A stretch of DNA of 16,651 bases, from contig JAZDPL010000015.1 in the NCBI GenBank assembly GCA_043797665.1, positions 1 to 16,651 on the forward strand, in the 5' to 3' direction. Origin of the DNA: Candidatus Omnitrophota bacterium (lineage in GTDB: Bacteria > Ratteibacteria > UBA8468 > MWAK01). The notes under the pieces are model-generated. The model searched no databases, had not been told where the DNA came from, and worked only from the letters and a program-made list of their open reading frames with translations. This document shows, piece after piece, positions 1 through 6,578 of this stretch. The number at the start of each line of letters is the position of its first letter. Position 1 is the first letter of the stretch. Made by a program: the position numbers and the translations under genes.

Positions 1-487
1 CTTCATAAGCCAGTCCCTTCTTGAAGAGCTGCATAAAAATCCACTGCGTCCACCGGTAATAATCCGGATCGGTCGTATTGACTTCGCGGTCCCAGTCGTA
101 ACTGAACCCCATGCGCCGGATTTGGCGTTTGAAATTCCGGACGTTCTTCGCGGTGGTTTCGCGGGGATGCGTTCCCGTATCGAGGGCGTGCTGCTCGGCA
201 GGAAGTCCGAAGGCGTCCCAGCCCATCGGATGGAGGACATTGAATCCTCTCATTCTCTTGTACCGGGCAATGATGTCCGTCGCCGTATATCCTTCCAGGT
301 GCCCCACGTGAAGGCCGGAGGCGGAAGGATAGGGAAACATGTCTAAGATATAAAACTTGGGCTTGGAGGGGTGGCCGGCCTCGCCGGAATCGGGATCGAC
401 GGCCCGGAAGGTCTTATGCTGTTCCCAATAGGCCTGCCACCGGACTTCGATTTCGTCGAAAGGATAAGCTTTAATCCCGCTTGCCAT
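1..487 (-). CDS. leuS: Leucyl-tRNA synthetase, N-terminal part (runs off the left edge)
   Basis: Manual minus-strand translation from ATG at 487: [21 protein letters not shown]...[20 protein letters not shown]...[14 protein letters not shown]...[30 protein letters not shown]-type motif and LeuRS signatures are present. Not in the ORF track because there is no stop in the window. Confidence 0.97.
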   Translation of the reverse strand, partial: MASGIKAYPFDEIEVRWQAYWEQHKTFRAVDPDSGEAGHPSKPKFYILDMFPYPSASGLHVGHLEGYTATDIIARYKRMRGFNVLHPMGWDAFGLPAEQHALDTGTHPRETTAKNVRNFKRQIRRMGFSYDWDREVNTTDPDYYRWTQWIFMQLFKKGLAYE

Positions 488-514
488 AAGGAATCACGTG
501 GAATTCGGATTGCT

Positions 515-556
515 TGAAAGAACAAGGGGATGGTTTTACTATCTCACCATCCCCTT
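515..556 (-). terminator. Probable intrinsic terminator or processing hairpin after tRNA-Leu
   Basis: 11-bp perfect inverted repeat AAGGGGATGGT (524-534) / ACCATCCCCTT (546-556), followed on the minus strand by T-rich GTTCTTTC. Confidence 0.6.
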
Positions 557-569
557 ATCGCAACATCTT

Positions 570-653
570 TGCGGAGGGAGAGAGTCGAACTCTCACAGCC
601 TCGCGGCCACCGGATTTTGAGTCCGGCGCGTCTGCCAGTTCCACCACTCCGGC
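570..653 (-). tRNA. tRNA-Leu (anticodon CAA), class II with long variable arm, CCA not encoded
   Basis: Reverse complement GCCGGAGTGGTGGAACTGGCAGACGCGCCGGACTCAAAATCCGGTGGCCGCGAGGCTGTGAGAGTTCGACTCTCTCCCTCCGCA. Anticodon stem CCGGA/TCCGG, T arm GAGAG-TTCGACT-CTCTC. The acceptor stem is imperfect. Confidence 0.93.
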
Positions 654-961
654 GTTAAATAACTAAGGAATTGTCAATCAATCGTTTCTGCAATTTAATT
701 CAAAATTGTAACACCCTCTTTTTCCCCACGGTATGACAGGGGTATGACGTAAATCACCCTCTTTTTATATTTTATCACATAAGCGATAAATTTTCGTAAC
801 GGCGTACAGTTTTCGGGGGGAATCCGGTTGTAATCAGCCAAATACCTGAAGTGGCTGGCTACCCAGCTGTACGGCTGGAGATTGGTGGGTCCGGAAGTCA
901 GTGAGGTTTTTCGGTTTCCTTATGAAGAAAAACATTGTAGTTGTTTTTACTTTTGTTAATC

Positions 962-990
962 TTGAAAAAGAATCGGATTTCGGATATAAT
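962..990 (+). promoter_or_regulatory. Sigma70-type promoter for the 1036 gene
   Basis: TTGAAA (962-967), 17-bp spacer, TATAAT (985-990). GGGAGGAG ribosome-binding site just before ATG 1036. Confidence 0.7.
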
Positions 991-1035
991 TCCATTTGAA
1001 TCAATATGAAGGAAATTGCGAATTAGGGAGGAGAG

Positions 1036-2100
1036 ATGACAAGTAGGGAGAGGATTAAGTTGGTCCTGGACCACAAGGAGCCGGACCGGGTACCCATTCA
1101 GGATTCACCCTGGGGTTCCACCATTGCCCGCTGGCACAAGGAGGGTCTGCCGGAAGAGATTCCGTTGGAAGAGTACTTCGGTTTTGAATTAGTAAGTATG
1201 GGTGCAGACTTTTCGGCGCGGTTTCCCACCCAGATTTTAGAGAAGAATGAAACCTACATCCTGGCTACTACGTCAGACGGCGGAAAACGTAAAAACTTCC
1301 GGGATCACTCTACCACACCCGAGGTGGTAGATTCGCCGATTAAGACCAAAGACGACTGGTTTAAGATTAAGGACCGGCTCAAACCGGACTTCAAGCGTAT
1401 TGACTGGGCTTCCTTTTATAACAATTACCACCAGAAAAGGGCAGAAGCTAAGTTCATCTGTTTCGGTGGCGCAACCGGTTATGACCGGTTCCAGTCGTTG
1501 ATGAACACCGAACGACTGCTCTGCCTTATGGTGGAAGACCCGGAGACCGCCAGGGATATGTTTGACACCGTGGCTAACCTTGTGGTTGAAACCTGCAAAA
1601 TGCTTTTGAAAGAAGGGTATGAATTTGACGCTGCCTTTCTTTACAACGATATGGGCTACCGGAACAGTTCCCTCTTCTCGCCCAAAACCTATAAGGAACT
1701 AATCTTTCCCGGGGACAAGTATATGTTTGATTTCTTTCATAAGAACGGTATGAAGACGCTCCTCCATTCCTGCGGTAACGTTAAACCCCTGCTTCCTCAT
1801 CTGATTGAAGCGGGTTTGGACTGTATTCAGCCGTTAGAGGTTAAAGCCGGGATGGACCTGGCTGAATTGAAGAAACTCTACGGTGACAAACTCAGCTTTA
1901 TGGGCGGAATAGACGTGCGCAAGATGGTTGGTGCCGGTAAAGACCCGACCGCAATTGAAGAAGAGATTAAGACCAAATTTGCGGTGGCTAAAAAGGGAGG
2001 CGGCTATATCTACCATTCAGACCATTCCATACCCAAGGATATCAGTTTTCAGGATTATTTGAAGGTGATGGAGTTAGTGGCGAAGTACGGAAAATATTAA
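1036..2100 (+). CDS. Uroporphyrinogen decarboxylase superfamily protein (UroD/MtaA-CmuA-like TIM barrel), substrate unknown
   Basis: 354 aa with MTSRERI...EPDRVP N-terminus, NDMG, HSCG, LKKLYGDKLSFMGGID and GGYI..SDHSI motifs. Strong RBS. Confidence 0.85.
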   Translation: MTSRERIKLVLDHKEPDRVPIQDSPWGSTIARWHKEGLPEEIPLEEYFGFELVSMGADFSARFPTQILEKNETYILATTSDGGKRKNFRDHSTTPEVVDSPIKTKDDWFKIKDRLKPDFKRIDWASFYNNYHQKRAEAKFICFGGATGYDRFQSLMNTERLLCLMVEDPETARDMFDTVANLVVETCKMLLKEGYEFDAAFLYNDMGYRNSSLFSPKTYKELIFPGDKYMFDFFHKNGMKTLLHSCGNVKPLLPHLIEAGLDCIQPLEVKAGMDLAELKKLYGDKLSFMGGIDVRKMVGAGKDPTAIEEEIKTKFAVAKKGGGYIYHSDHSIPKDISFQDYLKVMELVAKYGKY

Positions 2101-2110
2101 CAAGGAATTA

Positions 2111-2270
2111 TTTCCGCACCTTTTCCAGATATTTCTTCAACGGGACGTTTGATTTCCCCAGCGTGAAAATCGGCACTCGACGGAACTTCGTCTCTCTTCC
2201 GCCTCTGGCGGAAACCGTGCCCGTTCCTTGTTCCGACGCCCGTTTCAGAAAATATCTGGCGGTGCGAAAA
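2111..2270. mobile_element. MITE-like ~160-bp element with long imperfect terminal inverted repeats and nested hairpins
   Basis: TTTCCGCACC..CCAGATATTT..AACGGG.CGT (2111-2148) pairs with ACG.CCCGTT..AAATATCTGG.GGTGCGAAAA (about 2236-2270). Internal hairpins GACGGAACTTCGTC and TTCCGCCTCTGGCGGAA. Confidence 0.55.
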
Positions 2271-2271
2271 A

Positions 2272-2293
2272 GTAGCGGTCGCATTTATGCGAC
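2272..2293 (+). repeat. GTAG-type REP
   Basis: GTAGCG-GTCGCA-TTTA-TGCGAC, same architecture as the copy at 12932. Confidence 0.75.
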
Positions 2294-2309
2294 TTTTAAG
2301 GGGGTTAAA

Positions 2310-3275
2310 ATGAAGTTAGGGGTGTTGTTGGTGCTTTTTGGGGACAAGGATTTGGAAGGCGCGCTGGACTACGTCAGGGAAAGCGGGATTGAGGCGGTTG
2401 AGATTGGTACCGGCAACTATCCCGGGAACAAGCACTGTGACTTGAAGGAGATTTTATCCGGTCCGGCAAAAATTAAAGGGTTTAAGGACGCGATTGAGAG
2501 CAGAGGTCTGACCCTTTCCGCACTCTCCTGCCACGGCAACCCTTTACATCCGGATAAGGCGATTGCAGAAAGCCACCGGGAAATCCAGCGCAAGACGATT
2601 CTTTTAGCGGAAAAGTTAGGTCTGAAGACAGTGATTACCTTCTCCGGTTGTCCCGGCGGCGGACCTAAGGACAGCACACCCAACTGGGTTACCTGTCCCT
2701 GGCCGGACGATTTCAGCAAGACCGTTGCCTGGCAGTGGGAGGAGAAGGTGATTCCCTACTGGAAGGAAGAGGCAAAGTTTGCTTCCGACCACGGTGTTAC
2801 CCGGATTGCCTTAGAGATGCACCCGGGTTTTGTGGTCTACAATCCGGAGACCCTTTTGAAGTTACGGAAGGCGGCCGGTAAAGTAATCGGTGCCAATTTT
2901 GACCCCAGCCACCTCTTCTGGCAGGGAATCGACCCGGTTCTGGCGGTACGCAACCTGGGTGAAGCCATCTTTCACTGCCACGCCAAAGATACCAAAGTTG
3001 ACCCGTATAACGCTAACCTCAACGGTGTTCTGGATACCAAGCCTTACTCGGACGAGGCAAACCGCAGTTGGCTCTTCCGCACGGTTGGGTATGGTCACGG
3101 ATACAGTTTCTGGAAGGATTTGGTCAGTGCGCTTCGTCTGGTGGGTTACGACGGAGTTCTCTCTATTGAGCACGAAGACAGCCTCCTTTCCGGCCGGGAA
3201 GGGTTTCATAAGGCGGTCGCCTTCCTGAAAGAGGTTATCCTTTCTGAACCCAAAGGCGCCATCTGGTGGGCGTAG
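2310..3275 (+). CDS. Sugar phosphate isomerase/epimerase (xylose isomerase-like TIM barrel, IolE/IolI-like family)
   Basis: Likely start ATG 2310 (MKLGVLL) after an AAGGGGG RBS. Motifs VEIGTG, ALSCHGNPLHP, ALEMHPG, NFDPSH, HCHAKD and LSIEHED. Confidence 0.88.
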   Translation: MKLGVLLVLFGDKDLEGALDYVRESGIEAVEIGTGNYPGNKHCDLKEILSGPAKIKGFKDAIESRGLTLSALSCHGNPLHPDKAIAESHREIQRKTILLAEKLGLKTVITFSGCPGGGPKDSTPNWVTCPWPDDFSKTVAWQWEEKVIPYWKEEAKFASDHGVTRIALEMHPGFVVYNPETLLKLRKAAGKVIGANFDPSHLFWQGIDPVLAVRNLGEAIFHCHAKDTKVDPYNANLNGVLDTKPYSDEANRSWLFRTVGYGHGYSFWKDLVSALRLVGYDGVLSIEHEDSLLSGREGFHKAVAFLKEVILSEPKGAIWWA

Positions 3276-3295
3276 GGGGATAGCCTACATTCAAT

Positions 3296-3361
3296 GTCAT
3301 CCTGAGCGAAAGCGAAGGATCTCAAAGAGAGATTCTTCAGCACACCACGCTTCAGAATGAC
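3296..3361. repeat. Palindromic REP doublet, family B (GTCAT[C/T]CTGAG...CAG[A/G]ATGAC)
   Basis: GTCATCCTGAGCGAAAGCGAAGGATCT...AGATTCTTC...TTCAGAATGAC between convergent genes. Relatives at 14495 and 15852. Confidence 0.85.
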
Positions 3362-3383
3362 ACTTAGCCATCACCTTACTTTT

Positions 3384-3827
3384 TTAGCAGGTTTTTTCCA
3401 GCCGTTTGATTTCGTTGACCCGGCGCAGGTGCCGTCCGCCGGCAAAAGAGGTCTCCAGGAAAGTTTTAACAATCGCCCAGGCTAAGTCCGGTCCCAGGAT
3501 TCTGCCGCCCAGGCAGAGCACGTTGGCGTTGTTGTGACTCCGGGCCATCTGGGCGGAGAAGATGTCGTTGCAGGTTACCGCTCGGATTCCTCTGACCTTA
3601 TTAGCCATAATTGCCATTCCCAGGCCGGTTCCGCAGACCAGGACGGCGAAATCCGCCTCTTTTTTTACCACTGCTTCCGCACCGGCCATGCCGTATTCAG
3701 GATAGTCGACGGATTTTTTTATATCAACACCTAAATCAACGATGTGATAACCTTCGCTCTTTAAATTTTCTTTGAGAACTATCCTGAGGTCAAATCCCGC
3801 GTGGTCACTGGCGATCGCTATCTTCAT
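3384..3827 (-). CDS. rpiB: Ribose-5-phosphate isomerase B
   Basis: MKIAIASDHAG...DYP...VCGTGLGMAIMANKVRGIRA...ARSHNNANVLCLGGR...GGRHLRRV. GGAGGA RBS before ATG 3827. Confidence 0.95.
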   Translation of the reverse strand: MKIAIASDHAGFDLRIVLKENLKSEGYHIVDLGVDIKKSVDYPEYGMAGAEAVVKKEADFAVLVCGTGLGMAIMANKVRGIRAVTCNDIFSAQMARSHNNANVLCLGGRILGPDLAWAIVKTFLETSFAGGRHLRRVNEIKRLEKTC

Positions 3828-3850
3828 TCTTCCTCCGTTCACATTCTTTA

Positions 3851-3913
3851 GTCATTCCTGCATGTTTTTAGCAGGAATCCACTGGATTCCCACTTACGAC
3901 ATGTGGGAATGAC
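3851..3913. repeat. Palindromic REP doublet, family A (GTCATTCC...GGAATCC / GGATTCC...GGAATGAC)
   Basis: GTCATTCCTGCATGTTTTTAGCAGGAATCC-ACT-GGATTCCCACTTACGACATGTGGGAATGAC. Confidence 0.88.
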
Positions 3914-3931
3914 AGTTTTAAAGTTTGGTTT

Positions 3932-4528
3932 CTATGGTCGTATTACCTTCGGTTTCGGACCGGTACAGTCATAGATGGCGGACGGCTTTCCGGAAGTCTT
4001 ACCACCGTCAATGACCAGGTCCGCGTTTAGTTTAAGACTCTCTGAAATCCCGGAGATTTCACCGGCCGGTTTTTCTCCGGCCCGGTTGGCGCTGGTTCCG
4101 ATGATGGGCCGGCCTACTTTTTTGAGCGCCGTCCGCAGAAAGGGATGGTCCGGAATTCTTAAACCGACCGTACCATTTTTAGATACCAAAGGAGACAGGG
4201 GCCTGCCCCTGCATGTTTTAGGCAGGGGTCTGCGTGATTTCAAGATGAGCGTAACCGGCCCGGGCCAGAACTTTTCCGCCATTTTTTTTGCCGACTCAGA
4301 AAAGTGCGCCAATCGTAAAGCGGTCTTTAAGTCCGCTACCAGAAGTGGAAACGGTTTGTCCGGTTTACGTCCCTTGAGTTCAAAAATTTTCTTTATCGTT
4401 TCCGGGGCGGAGAGAATACAGCCCAGTCCATAGACCGTATCGGTCGGAAAGATGACTACCTTGCCTGCCTTTAAATCTTCCACAAACTCGGTCAGAGCAA
4501 TTGGCTCGTTTACTTTCAAAGTCCGCAC
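3932..4528 (-). CDS. tsaC: Threonylcarbamoyl-AMP synthase (single-domain YrdC/TsaC, Sua5 family) carrying a 9-aa repeat-derived insert
   Basis: FPTDTVYGLG, KGR, FWPGPVTLIL, VGLRIPDH and GTSAN motifs. Confidence 0.93.
   Translation of the reverse strand: MRTLKVNEPIALTEFVEDLKAGKVVIFPTDTVYGLGCILSAPETIKKIFELKGRKPDKPFPLLVADLKTALRLAHFSESAKKMAEKFWPGPVTLILKSRRPLPKTCRGRPLSPLVSKNGTVGLRIPDHPFLRTALKKVGRPIIGTSANRAGEKPAGEISGISESLKLNADLVIDGGKTSGKPSAIYDCTGPKPKVIRP
4202..4228 (+). repeat. 27-bp intragenic hairpin element, copy 1 (in tsaC)
   Basis: CCTGCCCCTGCATGTTTTAGGCAGGGG, read antisense as PLPKTCRGR. Confidence 0.85.
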
Positions 4529-4535
4529 TAATTCA

Positions 4536-4588
4536 ATTATAATCTCTGCGGATGTTTTTTGACAAGCGCCAACGAATTCAATTATAAT
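4536..4588. promoter_or_regulatory. Overlapping divergent sigma70 promoters (tsaC and rplM)
   Basis: + strand: TTGACA 4559-4564, 18 bp, TATAAT 4583-4588. - strand: TTGTCA 4565-4560, 18 bp, TATAAT 4541-4536. Confidence 0.7.
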
Positions 4589-4608
4589 AATTGTTTACGA
4601 AAAAAGTT

Positions 4609-4638
4609 GTCATTCCGGCATGTTTGTGGCCGGAATCC
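4609..4638 (+). repeat. Family A REP, single unit, in the rplM leader
   Basis: GTCATTCCGGCATGTTTGTGGCCGGAATCC. Confidence 0.8.
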
Positions 4639-4667
4639 ATACGGTTACTTATTTAGGAGATTAAGAT

Positions 4668-5060
4668 ATGGAACGAAGTTGGTACTTAATCGATGCGGAA
4701 AAGCAGGTGTTAGGCAGGTTGGCGACCAGAATTGCCGGCCTTTTGATGGGGAAAGGCAAACTGGAGTATAAGCGAAATCAGGATTGCGGGGATTTTGTGG
4801 TGGTGATTAACGCCGGCAAGATAAGGGTGACCGGCAAAAAGTTGACGGACAAGATATACCGCAAACATACCGGATATTTAGGCGGCTTGAAGGAAATTAC
4901 CCTGAAGAACTTACTGGCAAAAAAGCCGGAAAAGGTGATTGAATTTGCGGTCCGGGGGATGTTGCCGAAGAATCGCTTAGCGGAGAAAATGTTCCTGAAG
5001 ATGAAGGTTTATGCCGGTGCCGAGCATCCCCACGCCAGCCAGAACCCAAAGGCTATATAG
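4668..5060 (+). CDS. rplM: 50S ribosomal protein uL13
   Basis: WYLIDAEKQVLGRLAT...DCGDFVVVINA...HTGYLGGLK...AVRGMLPKN...HPH.SQNP. AGGAG RBS. Confidence 0.97.
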   Translation: MERSWYLIDAEKQVLGRLATRIAGLLMGKGKLEYKRNQDCGDFVVVINAGKIRVTGKKLTDKIYRKHTGYLGGLKEITLKNLLAKKPEKVIEFAVRGMLPKNRLAEKMFLKMKVYAGAEHPHASQNPKAI

Positions 5061-5068
5061 GGAGAAAG

Positions 5069-6298
5069 ATGCCCAAGATTTACCTGCTTGACGTTACCAA
5101 CCGGGATGGAGTGCAGACTTCACGGTTGGGTCTGGCAAAACTCCAGAAGACTCTTATCAACGTCTTTCTCAATAGGATGGGGGTCTACCAGAGCGAGATG
5201 GGTTTTCCGGTGACCCGGCACGAAATCAATTATCTGAAAGCCAACCTTGCCCTGGCGAAGAAAGGGGTTCTTACTCCTATCATCCTCTCCGGATGGATGC
5301 GGGCGACCAAAGGCGACGTGGAGGAAGCGGTTAAAAATGTGCCCATTGAGTATATCAACATATCTATTTCCACTTCTGACCAGATGATTACGGGGAAATT
5401 CCTGGGCAAACTTACCCGCCAGGATGTGACCAAAAGTATGGTAGACGCATTAAAGACCGCCAGGTCTGCCGGGATAAAAACGGTTGGTGTCAATGCGGAA
5501 GACGCTTCCCGGACAGAACTGGATTACTTGGTGGAATTTGCTCTGGCAGCCAAAGAGAACGGTGCGGACCGCATTCGTTACTGCGACACCGTAGGTTGTG
5601 ACAGCCCCTGTACCATTTATGACCGGATTACCTATCTGGCGGAAAAGATAAAGATGCCTGTTGAACTCCATTGCCATAATGACTTAGGTATGGGCGTGGC
5701 GGTAAGTGTAATGGGTGCCAAGGCTGCGGTGGATGCCGGTGTTGACGGTTACATCAATACCACGGTCAACGGTATGGGCGAACGCTGCGGTAACGCGGAC
5801 CTGGTTTCGGTTATCATTGCCCTGAAGAAAGGCGAGGGTCTGTCGGGTAAATACGTTTTAGATGAGGCGGTGGACTTGAGGATGGCGTGGAAGTTAGCAA
5901 AATATGCTTCTTATGCTTTCGGAGTTCCCATTCCCATCAATCAGGTGGGCGTTGGCGCCAATGCGTTTGCCCACGAGTCCGGCATCCATGTAGACGGCGC
6001 GCTGAAAGATTACCGGAACTACGAACTCTATCATTATGAAGAATTGGGCCGGGGCGAGCCGGAGGTGATCGAGACCGGCCGGATGATTACCGTGGGTGAG
6101 TACAGCGGTATCAAAGGTTTCCGGAACGTTTACGGGAAGTTGGAGATTGAGTTTAAGAACGAGAAAGATGCCCGGGAAATTTTAGAGTTGGTCCGGTACG
6201 CCAATGTCCATACCCAGAAGCCCCTGGTTGAGGATGAACTTCTCTTTATTGCTCAGCATCCGGAAGAAGCCCGCCTTCTGATGACCATGAGTCCCTAG
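5069..6298 (+). CDS. DRE-TIM metallolyase of the LeuA/homocitrate synthase family lacking a regulatory domain; homocitrate or Re-citrate synthase-like
   Basis: DVTNRDGVQ, AEDASR, YCDTVG, ELHCHNDLG, NGMGERCGNA and FAHESGIH motifs; 409 aa. Confidence 0.85.
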   Translation: MPKIYLLDVTNRDGVQTSRLGLAKLQKTLINVFLNRMGVYQSEMGFPVTRHEINYLKANLALAKKGVLTPIILSGWMRATKGDVEEAVKNVPIEYINISISTSDQMITGKFLGKLTRQDVTKSMVDALKTARSAGIKTVGVNAEDASRTELDYLVEFALAAKENGADRIRYCDTVGCDSPCTIYDRITYLAEKIKMPVELHCHNDLGMGVAVSVMGAKAAVDAGVDGYINTTVNGMGERCGNADLVSVIIALKKGEGLSGKYVLDEAVDLRMAWKLAKYASYAFGVPIPINQVGVGANAFAHESGIHVDGALKDYRNYELYHYEELGRGEPEVIETGRMITVGEYSGIKGFRNVYGKLEIEFKNEKDAREILELVRYANVHTQKPLVEDELLFIAQHPEEARLLMTMSP

Positions 6299-6571
6299 GG
6301 GTTGTTAAACAATAAAGTTGACTATTTGCCAGAGGCGATTTTGGAGCGAGACAAGGAGCGAAGAAGATGGCGTACCCCCTGTGGTACGGAAGCGATGAGC
6401 GACGCAGTCGCAGCCCAAAAGCGGCCTGGCCCTTCGGGGAGTCCCATCTTTGGGTCATTGCGTCGTTGCTCCTCGGTTATGTGCCACAGTGGGCACAGAA
6501 CCTTCGTCGCGCCTTGCACTAACCTCAAATCCGGGACTCCAAATAGTCAACTTTATTGTTTAACAACCCCT
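6297..6571. mobile_element. MITE (275 bp) with perfect 32-bp terminal inverted repeats
   Basis: AGGGGTTGTTAAACAATAAAGTTGACTATTTG (6297-6328) is the exact reverse complement of 6540-6571. The interior is partly self-complementary and has no transposase. Confidence 0.88.
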
Positions 6572-6578
6572 TAACCTT

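Noticed and set aside
111..525. Short ORFs 111-311, 122-346 and 343-525
   Set aside because: Antisense or off-frame shadows of leuS.
655..680. TTGACA on the minus strand as the tRNA promoter -35
   Set aside because: It is only about 18 nt from the tRNA 5' end, so a correctly spaced -10 would fall in the tRNA.
834..935. 33-codon minus-strand ORF (MFFFIRKPKN...)
   Set aside because: No RBS or recognisable similarity.
488..960. T-box riboswitch or leucine attenuator upstream of leuS
   Set aside because: No T-box GGTGGNACC consensus or Leu-rich leader peptide was found; the space holds a tRNA and a hairpin.
2163..2309. N-terminal extension of the sugar isomerase; likewise 7943-7963, 10184-10288, 12938-13039 and 15221-15373
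   Set aside because: These run through repeats, and downstream ATGs with RBS-like sequences match the expected family N-termini.
6246..6574. ORFs 6302-6574, 6322-6528 and 6246-6458 as small proteins or a transposase
   Set aside because: They are open frames through the MITE with no transposase motifs or RBS.
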